Made by a program: the position numbers and the translations under genes. Of a stretch of 64,000 nt of DNA, positions 37,551 to 45,835 are shown in pieces. This stretch comes from a virus. Lineage: Duplodnaviria; Caudoviricetes. Position 1 is the first letter of the stretch; each line of letters begins with the position of its first letter. The notes under the pieces are model-generated. The model was given only the letters and a program-made list of their open reading frames with translations. It did no database searches and had not been told where the DNA came from. The stretch spans positions 51 through 64,050 of IMG/VR virus record IMGVR_UViG_2597489889_000001, one strand, 5' to 3'.

Positions 37551-37905
37551 CAAGCCAGCCAACAAGGCCTGGTGGAGGCGGCAAGGATGCTGCCAAGGAA
37601 GACAAGGAAGGCACGCAACATCGGCAAGGACGCCATCGAAGCGATGGCAGGGATGCCAGGCAACACCGGCAAGGATGCCGACGCTCTTTAGTTTCAACGC
37701 TTCAAAAACAGGCAGCGATGAACCGGCCTTGACGGTTCAGAGGGTTGGCAACTGACCCGGGTGTGCAGCGTAAAGCACCAGAAGCAGTTATCCGGCAGAC
37801 AGGGATCGTGGTCGGAAAAACATCGAGGAAAGGACCGTACCGCGCCAGTAGCGCCGAAAGTCCGAGGACCGCATTACTGAAAAGCCCGGGCAACCGGGCT
37901 TTTTG
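37551..37905 (+). ncRNA. Candidate GGA-rich (Rsm/Csr-type) structured leader RNA ending in a terminator
   Basis: Four GGC-A(A/G)GGA(T/C)-GC(C/T) hairpins, several more GGA motifs, terminator at 37880-37904. Confidence 0.5.
37880..37905 (+). terminator. Intrinsic terminator upstream of the tailocin holin
   Basis: AAAAGCCCGG-GCAA-CCGGGCTTTTT. Confidence 0.85.
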
Positions 37906-37974
37906 GAATGCCTACCTATCGAAGCATCTGTAAATGAAATATGGATTATTAAATGCTCAGCCAGGAGGCGTGAC

Positions 37975-38313
37975 ATGACAAATGAACAGCAAGCGTTAGC
38001 GGAAATGCCTATCTGGCTGGTCATCGTACTGGCCGTGATCGGCGGCGTATCCGGCGAGATGTGGCGGGCCGATAAGGAAGGGGCTCGCGGTTGGTCGCTG
38101 ATTCGACGCCTGGCCCTGCGTTCCGGGGCGTGCATGGTCTGCGGGGTTTCGGCTCTGATGCTGTGCTACGCAGCGGGGATGTCGATCTGGACCGCCGGCG
38201 CCATTGGTTGCCTGACCGCCATGGCCGGTGCCGACGTGGCTATCGGCCTTTATGAGCGGTGGGCGGCCAAGCGCATCGGGATCAACCAAGGCTCCCGCCA
38301 GGACCCGCAGTAA
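37975..38313 (+). CDS. Tailocin holin
   Basis: Three TM segments; IGGVSGEMWRADK...GADVAIGLYERW; RBS AGGAGG. Confidence 0.85.
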   Translation: MTNEQQALAEMPIWLVIVLAVIGGVSGEMWRADKEGARGWSLIRRLALRSGACMVCGVSALMLCYAAGMSIWTAGAIGCLTAMAGADVAIGLYERWAAKRIGINQGSRQDPQ

Positions 38314-38336
38314 TCGTTGCAAGGACGCTACATAAA

Positions 38337-38852
38337 ATGACGCTTATCGAAAAGCCATCCCAACTGCCCCAGGCCGTGGGCGCTGCGCTGCATGCAGCTT
38401 TCCCGGACCTCAAGGTCGGCAGTCATCAGGACTTCCAGGACGACACTGAAAAAACCGGTGTGCAGGTCACAGTCGAAGGCAATGGCCCGGGCATTCGCTC
38501 TCGCGAAGGGCGCAAGGCTCACGTGCTGAGCATTTCACTCAGGGCCATGGTCGCCCCCGGGGCATTGCCGTTCGATGCCTGCGACCTGGCCAGCCAACTC
38601 ATGGATCTTGTGCTGGATAACCGTTGGGACCTGCCCCAGGCACAGTGCGATTTGCCCGCAAATATCGTCGCCGCTCCGGCTGTGCGCAGCACCCTTGATG
38701 CGGACTACGACACCTGGACAGTTTCGTTTACTCAAACCCTCTATCTGGGGCCGCCGTTACTTGAAGATCCTACAGGCCAGCCGCTGTTTGCCTGCACCTG
38801 GGACGTCTCCAACATCGACGATCCAGCCCAATACAAACCACTGGCAGAGTAG
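38337..38852 (+). CDS. Tail completion/terminator-like protein
   Basis: Position between holin and spike; WTVSFTQTLYLG. Confidence 0.65.
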   Translation: MTLIEKPSQLPQAVGAALHAAFPDLKVGSHQDFQDDTEKTGVQVTVEGNGPGIRSREGRKAHVLSISLRAMVAPGALPFDACDLASQLMDLVLDNRWDLPQAQCDLPANIVAAPAVRSTLDADYDTWTVSFTQTLYLGPPLLEDPTGQPLFACTWDVSNIDDPAQYKPLAE

Positions 38853-38855
38853 CCC

Positions 38856-39467
38856 ATGTTCGACGCGCTGTTACGCATGCAATTGGGACCGATCGTCGAA
38901 CGCCTGGCAGAGATGGAGACCCAACTCGAAGACCTTTACCGCCGCGCTGAAAGCTTCTGCCGGATTGGCATTTGCCAGCAGGTCGACGCGGCCAGCAACA
39001 CCTGCAAGGTCAGCCACGGTGATTTGCTGACCCCGGCGATCCGCTTTTTCAACCCCAGCGCCGGTGCGCAAACGGAAACCCGCATTCCAACGGTGGGCGA
39101 GCAATGCCTGTTGCTTAACTACGGTGGCGGGGAGGGCGGCGTGCAGTCAGTGGCGCTGTTCGGCCTCAACAGTGATCGCTTTCCGCCGGTCTCCAGCGTT
39201 GCGACGCTGACCCGGCGTCGCCATCACGACGGCACCCAAAGCGACTACGACGACGCCAGCCATACCTTCAACTGGGTCAACGGCCCAACCACCGTCAGCG
39301 GCTCCCGTGAACAGGTCGACATTAAAGTCGGCGCCGCCAGCCTGACCATGAATGCCCAGAGCATCACTTTGCAAATCGGCGGCACCAGCCTGTTGCTGGA
39401 TGTTGGCGGAGCTCACTTCAGCGGCCCGGTAGTGGACCATCAAGGACGCGTCATCAGCCCCCGATAA
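38856..39467 (+). CDS. Baseplate spike (P2 gpV-like)
   Basis: RIPTVGEQCLLL...DGTQSDYDDASH. Confidence 0.88.
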   Translation: MFDALLRMQLGPIVERLAEMETQLEDLYRRAESFCRIGICQQVDAASNTCKVSHGDLLTPAIRFFNPSAGAQTETRIPTVGEQCLLLNYGGGEGGVQSVALFGLNSDRFPPVSSVATLTRRRHHDGTQSDYDDASHTFNWVNGPTTVSGSREQVDIKVGAASLTMNAQSITLQIGGTSLLLDVGGAHFSGPVVDHQGRVISPR

Positions 39468-39476
39468 GGACATCCC

Positions 39477-39809
39477 ATGCTCGGAATCGAGAGGAACACC
39501 GGCGCAGCCGTCGATGACTGGCTGCAATTTGTGCAGCGCGCCACCCGAGCGCTGACCACCCCCGTGGGCACCCGGCAAAAGCGTCCGTTGTATGGCTCGC
39601 TGATCCCGCAGTTGCTCGGGCAAAACCTCGGCGACGACCTGCTGATTCTCGCCCAGAGCCATGCCGCCCAGGCGTTCTACAACACCCATAACGGCATCAG
39701 CGATTTTGACCCCCAGGTCATCGTCGCCACTCGCCAAGGCGCCGGCCTGTTGCTGCGGTTTGCCGGCACCTGGAAAAACCGCCAACAATCCTTCGAGGTC
39801 GTGACATGA
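39477..39809 (+). CDS. Baseplate wedge (gpW/gp25-like)
   Basis: LTTPVGTRQKRPLYGSLIP. Confidence 0.85.
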   Translation: MLGIERNTGAAVDDWLQFVQRATRALTTPVGTRQKRPLYGSLIPQLLGQNLGDDLLILAQSHAAQAFYNTHNGISDFDPQVIVATRQGAGLLLRFAGTWKNRQQSFEVVT

Positions 39810-40801
39810 GCATGTTGATCCCCGGCCAGAACCAACTGGCGGAACCGACCATCATCAAGGTGGATGAGTTCGAACCGTTGCTGGCCGAGTTCAAGACGTT
39901 TGTCATCGACTACGTCGCCACCCGCGCGCCGCAAAGTGCGGCCAAACTCAGGGCCAGCCTCGACAACGAAAGCGAACTGCTGACCCTGGCCCTGGAAGCG
40001 TTTTGCGTGCGTCTGCAAACCCACGAGCGTAAATACAACGCCCGCATCAAGCAGATGCTGGCGTGGTGGGCCACCGGCAGCAACCTGGATGCGCGCCTGG
40101 CCGATATGGGCCTGGAGCGCCAAGTGCTCGACCCTGGCGACTCGGCGGCGTTCCCGCCCGTGCCGCCCACCCTGGAAAGCGACGACGACGCTCGCCTGCG
40201 TTACTACCTGGCCCCCCACGCCCCGGCAGCGGGCTCGCGGATGCAGTATCGCCGCGAAGTGTTCACCCTTGGCGAGCGCCCGGCGGTGAAAGTGCAAAGC
40301 GCGACGCCGGGTGTGGTGACGGTCACCTACACCTTCGATCCAGATGGTTATGCAGCCCAGGTCAAGGACGGCAACGCCCGACGCACCGCACCGGGTGAAG
40401 TCATGGTCACTGTGCTTTCCCGCGAGGGCGACGGCACGCCGTCTGCGGACTTGCTTGACGGTGTGCGTCGACATTTCGCACGGCCGGATGTAAGGCCCGA
40501 AACCGATCTTGTCAGCGTCCAAGGCGCACAGATTCAACCCTACAAAATTCGCGTGGTGGCCAAGATCAACGCTGGCCCGGACTCGGGGCTGACCCAAGTG
40601 GCGGCGCAGAAGCTGCTGCAAGACTACGCAGAGTCCTGCCATCGCCTGGAAGGGCGGGTCGACCCCAGCTGGATCGACTACGCCATTCATAGCGCGGGTG
40701 CTGCGCAACTGCAGATCCTGGAACCGCTGGCGCCGATTGTCAGCACCGCGTTCCAGGCCCCGTATTGCACGGGTGTCGAGGTGGAGGTGCGCACGCTATG
40801 A
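39806..40801 (+). CDS. Baseplate J-like protein
   Basis: WATGSNLDARLAD..LER...ESDDDARLRYY...AAGSRMQY. Confidence 0.9.
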   Translation: MSMLIPGQNQLAEPTIIKVDEFEPLLAEFKTFVIDYVATRAPQSAAKLRASLDNESELLTLALEAFCVRLQTHERKYNARIKQMLAWWATGSNLDARLADMGLERQVLDPGDSAAFPPVPPTLESDDDARLRYYLAPHAPAAGSRMQYRREVFTLGERPAVKVQSATPGVVTVTYTFDPDGYAAQVKDGNARRTAPGEVMVTVLSREGDGTPSADLLDGVRRHFARPDVRPETDLVSVQGAQIQPYKIRVVAKINAGPDSGLTQVAAQKLLQDYAESCHRLEGRVDPSWIDYAIHSAGAAQLQILEPLAPIVSTAFQAPYCTGVEVEVRTL

Positions 40802-41436
40802 GTGAACCCAACGCGAGTCTGTTGCCGGCCAACAGTTCACCGCTGGAAAAGGCCCTGGACCTGGGCTTCGGCACATTGCTTGAGCGCGTCACGCCGCCGT
40901 TTCCAGCGCTGATGAACCCACTTCAAACCCCCAGCGAATTCCTCCCGTACCTGGCCGCCGACCGCGGCGTCAGCGAATGGGATGCCGAGGCCAGCGAGGC
41001 CGAAAAGCGCCTGACCGTGGCCTTGTCCTGGCAGATCCAGCGCCAGGCTGGTACGCCCAAGGCGCTGAGTCATGCGGTGGAGTCATTGGGCTTCACTCCC
41101 AACATCAGCGCCTGGTATCAGCAGCGTCCCTTGGGTGTGCCTTACACCTTCGACGTACAGGCGATCATCGGGCGCAGTTGGTCCAGCGGTGATCACAACC
41201 GGCTGATCCGGCGTATCAATGCGGCCAAGAGTGAGCGCGATCAGGCGACGATCACCATCGTGCATGAAACCGAAGGTCAGCTTGCGTTCACGCAAGTGCT
41301 CGACGCCCCTTTAAGCGACGGCGAGTTTTATCTAAACGGCGCGTTGCCGGAATGGGCGCTGGTTGCTCGGCTTAACAGTGCCGGGGTTGCCCAGCACTAC
41401 ACCATTAACGACTACGACCTCAGGGCGCAGCCATGA
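40798..41436 (+). CDS. Tail protein I (P2 gpI-like)
   Basis: SLLPANSSPLE...FLPYLAADRGVSEW...GTPKAL. Confidence 0.88.
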   Translation: MSEPNASLLPANSSPLEKALDLGFGTLLERVTPPFPALMNPLQTPSEFLPYLAADRGVSEWDAEASEAEKRLTVALSWQIQRQAGTPKALSHAVESLGFTPNISAWYQQRPLGVPYTFDVQAIIGRSWSSGDHNRLIRRINAAKSERDQATITIVHETEGQLAFTQVLDAPLSDGEFYLNGALPEWALVARLNSAGVAQHYTINDYDLRAQP

Positions 41437-41963
41437 CAGATGAAATCACGCGCCTGGTGCGCTTCACTTCCAAAGGTTTGGATGAAGTGCTGCAGGCAAA
41501 GAACCAGGGCCTCAAAGGCGAAATCACCCACATCGGCGCCGGCACCGGCCGCTACAACCCCGACGGCACAGAAGTGGCCTTGCGTGACGAGCGACAACGG
41601 GTGGCCATCGTCGATTACGAAGACCTGGGCGAGCGCCAACTCAGGATGGCCGCGCTGTTTGATGGCGACGGCGAATATGAGATTGGCGAGTTCGGTTTTT
41701 ACCTCGCAAGCGGGACTTTGCTGGCGGTGTATTCCGTGGCGGGGAAGTTGCTGACGTATAAGGCGGCGGCGGCTCGGGTGCTGCAGAAGTTTACGTTGGA
41801 TGTTTCGCCGTTGCCGACGGATAGCGTGACGATTGTGGTGGGTAGCGACAATTTGAATGTGCTATTGACTGATGAAATTGCGGCCTTATCAGCTGCGAGC
41901 ATAGACAATATGGCACGCGGTGTAGGGGTTCTATTTCGAGTGATGGAAGTCGAAAGAAAATAG
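41433..41963 (+). CDS. Tail fibre baseplate-attachment domain, encoded as a stand-alone 176-aa ORF
   Basis: ITHIGAGTG...IGEFGFYLASGTLLAVYS collar domain. Confidence 0.8.
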   Translation: MTDEITRLVRFTSKGLDEVLQAKNQGLKGEITHIGAGTGRYNPDGTEVALRDERQRVAIVDYEDLGERQLRMAALFDGDGEYEIGEFGFYLASGTLLAVYSVAGKLLTYKAAAARVLQKFTLDVSPLPTDSVTIVVGSDNLNVLLTDEIAALSAASIDNMARGVGVLFRVMEVERK

Positions 41964-42016
41964 AACGTTTTCAATTTATTTTACATGACGCTATCCAGGC
42001 GTTTAGGAGCATTCAT

Positions 42017-42769
42017 TTGAGTACCGAACAGCAACTTGCTGCCGTTGTAAGCGCGGCAAATAACTTGACTAACGTCATTACCGGAAAAGTCGGAGAAATT
42101 GACAAGGCGATAGTCGATGCCCGCCAGGCGTACGACGCTCAATTGTCGGAGTTGAAAAATAGACTCCCAAGATTGGCGGTCACCAAGAACTTCAATTTGT
42201 CCCCGAATGCCGATGGAACACTGATTGAAAATTGGGGGATTCACGCTGAAGTGACGCCGACTAAGCTGCGAACTATCACCACTGCCTCTCAAGCGGCCGG
42301 ACGCCCGCAAGCTGATGTGGATTTCTTGCTTCAGGTGCAGGCAGATGTGCGTGAGCAATATCCAAATTTTGAAATCAGGGCCAGCGACTATTGGCGCACG
42401 TTGGTACATCTGTGGCAAATGAAGTGGTCGGTGTCAGACGCTAGTCCTTGGCTCGCGTTCCCTTACACTGTCGATATGGCGCTCGCGAATGGCTCTGGTG
42501 CAGTACCGCAGAACTCCTACCTTACCGTTGGTGCCTTCGTACGTCTTTTGGAGGGTAACGTGTCTGGAGCATGGAGTAATGGCGTTGAAAAAGGCAAATG
42601 GCGCTGGTGCTCCAGTGTTATTTCTCCTACAGAGCTGTTTGGAACTTATTACCATCTGCACCCGATGCGCACCTCGTCAACTGGCGTTGTTGAGGTGATG
42701 CTCGCAGGGGCATGCACAGGCGTTGTAACCAACCCAGGTGATTGGGGAACGATGTTGGCCCTAGGCTGA
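42017..42769 (+). CDS. Separately encoded R-type fibre / receptor-binding protein
   Basis: TTG start MSTEQQLAAVVSAANNLT coiled coil, then a variable AT-richer C-terminus. Confidence 0.65.
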   Translation: MSTEQQLAAVVSAANNLTNVITGKVGEIDKAIVDARQAYDAQLSELKNRLPRLAVTKNFNLSPNADGTLIENWGIHAEVTPTKLRTITTASQAAGRPQADVDFLLQVQADVREQYPNFEIRASDYWRTLVHLWQMKWSVSDASPWLAFPYTVDMALANGSGAVPQNSYLTVGAFVRLLEGNVSGAWSNGVEKGKWRWCSSVISPTELFGTYYHLHPMRTSSTGVVEVMLAGACTGVVTNPGDWGTMLALG

Positions 42770-42778
42770 GGAGAGAAT

Positions 42779-43015
42779 ATGAAACCACTATTTATACCTG
42801 CTGAACTTCATCCGATTATCAAGTGGGAAATGATTCGTAAGGCAAGGGATCAAGACTTGTCGGCGAGTGATTATGCAGCAATGCCAGACTATCCGATGCT
42901 CGACACCCATAAGCTCTTGTTCGCTGAGTATCGTCAAAAACTGCGTGATATTCCAGATCAGGGAGAAAACCCTGATGCAGTGCTCTGGCCATCCAAACCA
43001 GATTTCCTGAAATAA
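42779..43015 (+). CDS. Tail fibre assembly chaperone
   Basis: RDQDLSASDYAAMPDYP...YRQKLRDIPDQ...WPSKP. Confidence 0.8.
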   Translation: MKPLFIPAELHPIIKWEMIRKARDQDLSASDYAAMPDYPMLDTHKLLFAEYRQKLRDIPDQGENPDAVLWPSKPDFLK

Positions 43016-43019
43016 CTGA

Positions 43020-43042
43020 TAACCGCGAAAGCGGTTTTTTTT
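43020..43042 (+). terminator. Intrinsic terminator after the R fibre chaperone
   Basis: AACCGC-GAAA-GCGGTTTTTTTT. Confidence 0.8.
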
Positions 43043-43106
43043 CGCCTCCTCCAAAGCCCCTCCTCAACAGGGGCTTTTGCATTTTCCACCCGGAGATTTT
43101 TCACCC

Positions 43107-43280
43107 ATGCCCACCCGCCAAACCTACACCGTCCTCATCCCATTCCCCATCGGTAACGGCCATTGGTCCATCGCCGGCGAAGAACTGGAACTGCTGGACG
43201 TCGAAGCATCCGCCTTGCGCACCGCTGGCCGCCTGGAACTGTCCAGCGTCCTCAACTCCACCCCCAAGAAGGCTGAATAA
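43107..43280 (+). CDS. Small hypothetical protein before the sheath gene
   Basis: MPTRQTYTVLIPFPIGNGHW; RBS GGAG. Confidence 0.65.
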   Translation: MPTRQTYTVLIPFPIGNGHWSIAGEELELLDVEASALRTAGRLELSSVLNSTPKKAE

Positions 43281-43282
43281 TC

Positions 43283-44449
43283 ATGGCTGAGGTTTTGAAC
43301 TTCGAGCACAACGGCATCACTGTGAATGCCACCGAATCTCCCGAGGCCATGGGTGGCCTTGGCGATAACGTGATTGGCCTGGTCGGCACTGCGCCGAATG
43401 CCCACGTATCGATCCCGAAAAACGCCCCGTTTCGTATCAACAGCTTCACCACCCAGGCGCTGCTGGACCCTACGGGCACCGAGTCGGGCACCTTGTTCCA
43501 GGCGGTGTATCAGATCCTCAAAGTGGTCAAGGTGCCGGTCTATGTGGTCATCGTCGAAGAAGGCGCCACCCCGGCCGATACGATCAACAATGTGATCGGT
43601 GGCAATGACCCGGTCACCGGCCGCAAGCTGGGCCTGGCTGCCCTGAGCAGCGTGCCTGAAGACCTGACCATCATCGGCGCCCCAGGCTTTACCGGCACCA
43701 AGGCCGTGGCCGGTGAGTTTGCCTCTTTCGGCAAGCGCATCAAGGCGCGTGTGGTACTGGATGGCAAGGACGCTTCGGTGGCCGATCAAGTGACCTACAG
43801 CGGCGAGCTGGGCGGTGCCGACCTCGGTTTCGACCGTTGCCTGCTGGTGCACAACATGCCTTCGGTGTACTCCAAGGCTGCGAAGAAAAACGTGTTCCTG
43901 TCGCCATCCTCGTTGGCCATCGCCGCACTGGCCAAGGTCAAACAGTGGGAAAGCCCGGGCAACCAGGTGACCTTCGCTGAGGACGTTTCCCGCGTGGTCG
44001 AGTACAACATCCTCGACACCTCCACCGAAGGCGACCTGCTCAACCGCCATGGCGTGAGCTACTACGCCCGCACCATCCTCGGCGGTTTTTCATTGCTGGG
44101 TAACCGCTCCATCACCGGCAAGTTCATCAGCTACGTCGGCCTGGAAGATGCCATCAGCCGCAAGCTGGTCAAGGCCGGCCAGAAAGCCATGGCCAAGAAC
44201 CTCACCAAGTCCTTCATGGACCAGGAGGTCAAGCGCATCAACGACTGGCTGCAAACCCTGGTGGCCGACGAAACCATCCCCGGCGGCAGCGTGTACCTGC
44301 ACCCGGAACTGAACAGCGTCGAGAAGTACAAGAACGGCACCTGGTTCATCGTTATCGACTACGGCCGCTACGCGCCTAACGAACACATGGTTTATCAACT
44401 CAACGCCCGCGATGAAATCATCGAGCAGTTCCTGGAGGATGTTCTCTAA
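43283..44449 (+). CDS. Contractile tail sheath
   Basis: HNGITV, VIGLVGTAP, WESPGN, IDYGRYAPNEHM. Confidence 0.92.
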   Translation: MAEVLNFEHNGITVNATESPEAMGGLGDNVIGLVGTAPNAHVSIPKNAPFRINSFTTQALLDPTGTESGTLFQAVYQILKVVKVPVYVVIVEEGATPADTINNVIGGNDPVTGRKLGLAALSSVPEDLTIIGAPGFTGTKAVAGEFASFGKRIKARVVLDGKDASVADQVTYSGELGGADLGFDRCLLVHNMPSVYSKAAKKNVFLSPSSLAIAALAKVKQWESPGNQVTFAEDVSRVVEYNILDTSTEGDLLNRHGVSYYARTILGGFSLLGNRSITGKFISYVGLEDAISRKLVKAGQKAMAKNLTKSFMDQEVKRINDWLQTLVADETIPGGSVYLHPELNSVEKYKNGTWFIVIDYGRYAPNEHMVYQLNARDEIIEQFLEDVL

Positions 44450-44955
44450 TGTTTACAAACCGAGTCAGACAGGCCATTGCGGCCACCCTTCAAGGCCTGC
44501 CGTTGTCCGCAACCGTGGAAGAGTTCACCCCGCCAAAGATCGAGTTCGACATGGAGCCCATGTCCGGCGGTCGCTTTATCGCCGAGGAAATGGCCAAGAG
44601 CGGCAAGGTGCTCAATGCCAAGCTGGTGCTGCAAGGTGCCGGTCCGGAAATCATGCTGGCCCTGGGCGTGCGCATGGGCGACGACATCCTGCTGAACGTG
44701 CGTGAAGCCGGCCAGGACCAGGACGGCAAGACCTACTTCACCTACCACACCGTCGGCGGCAAGCTCAAATCCCTGGAGGAGGCGAAGCTGAAAATGGGCG
44801 ACAAGGCTACCACTACATTGGAACTGTCCTGCCGCACCTACAACCGTCTGGAAAATGGCGTTTCGGTGATCGACATCGACGTGCGCACCCAGAAGTTCGT
44901 GCTCAACGGCGTCGACATTCTGGGCGATGCGCGCCGCGCCGTGCTGATGCCGTAA
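44449..44955 (+). CDS. Contractile tail tube
   Basis: EEFTPPKI...IDIDVRTQKFVLNGVD. Confidence 0.9.
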   Translation: MFTNRVRQAIAATLQGLPLSATVEEFTPPKIEFDMEPMSGGRFIAEEMAKSGKVLNAKLVLQGAGPEIMLALGVRMGDDILLNVREAGQDQDGKTYFTYHTVGGKLKSLEEAKLKMGDKATTTLELSCRTYNRLENGVSVIDIDVRTQKFVLNGVDILGDARRAVLMP

Positions 44956-44986
44956 GGATAACTGCAATCGAAGCGGGCACGGTCAA

Positions 44987-45074
44987 TGTGGGAGCCGGGC
45001 TTGCCCGCGATGCAGGCGACTCGGTGCGTCTGGAGCACCGAGTTGATGCTATCGCAGGCAAGCCAGCTCCCACA
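44987..45074. repeat. REPIN (inverted REP doublet)
   Basis: TGTGGGAGCCGGGCTTGCCCGCGAT ... ATCGCAGGCAAGCCAGCTCCCACA with inner stem CTCGGTGC/GCACCGAG. Confidence 0.85.
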
Positions 45075-45135
45075 GAGACCGCGCTCAGATTGGGATTCCC
45101 GTGCTTTTCAATACCGCTCTACAAGGAATTGCCCC

Positions 45136-45708
45136 ATGGCCTGGATGCCACCGTTGCATATCCTGCTGGCTCCGATCACCGCCGACACCGGCGCGACGAT
45201 CCAGCAGGTTCAGCTAAAACCGTTGTTCTACGCCGCGCAAAAAGACGCGCTGGCCCGGGCCGGTGATGACGAGGACGATCAGTTTTTCGAACTGGCGAAA
45301 CTCGCCACTGGCCTGTCGGAAAAAGAGCTCGACCAGCTCAAGCGCCCTGATTACGTGAGCATTGCCCAGTACGTACACGAGATGTCGACGCGCCCGACGT
45401 CGTTCTTCCTGAATGCGGATGAAGTGACACCCCAGGACCAACCCGTCCAGTTGCTATTGCCCCTAAATGCAGCCGGCCGAACCCTGACCGAACTGCCGCT
45501 GGAAATGCCTGCCCTGCGCGCCACCAAGGTGATGAAAAAGCTCGCCACCAACAAAGAGCGCGCCGAATTCATCACCGCCCATTGCACCGGCCTGATGATC
45601 CCTGACCTGGCCGGTTTGACCGTGCCCGACTGGACGGAACTGCAGGAGCGTATCGACGATTTTTTAAATCAACCGGCGGACTTCTTTCGCAGCGCGACAT
45701 CGAAGTAA
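45136..45708 (+). CDS. R-type tail assembly chaperone
   Basis: Internally duplicated chaperone domain; between tube and tape measure. Confidence 0.8.
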   Translation: MAWMPPLHILLAPITADTGATIQQVQLKPLFYAAQKDALARAGDDEDDQFFELAKLATGLSEKELDQLKRPDYVSIAQYVHEMSTRPTSFFLNADEVTPQDQPVQLLLPLNAAGRTLTELPLEMPALRATKVMKKLATNKERAEFITAHCTGLMIPDLAGLTVPDWTELQERIDDFLNQPADFFRSATSK

Positions 45709-45830
45709 TCCTCGATGTGGTGCCGCTGATCTACTCGGTCAATGAGGCGGAGATCCTCGACTGGGACGCCGGAAAAGCATTGCGCCGCTACGACATTGCG
45801 ATCACTCGCCTTGGCGTTAAACAGGAGTAA
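45660..45830 (+). CDS. -1 frameshift extension of the chaperone (G-T type)
   Basis: Slippery T TTT TTA at 45660-45666; -1 frame FKSTGGLLSQRDIEVILDVVPLIY...LGVKQE*. Confidence 0.75.
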   Translation, partial: FFKSTGGLLSQRDIEVILDVVPLIYSVNEAEILDWDAGKALRRYDIAITRLGVKQE

Positions 45831-45835
45831 GCGGG

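Noticed and set aside
37580-37680. GGCAAGGATGCC repeats as a CRISPR array
   Set aside because: Units are 12 nt with irregular 10-30 nt gaps, and there are no cas genes
37526-37732. 68-aa ORF over the GGA-rich leader
   Set aside because: Its ATG lies inside the predicted promoter, it has no RBS, and the product is low-complexity; RNA structure explains the repeats better
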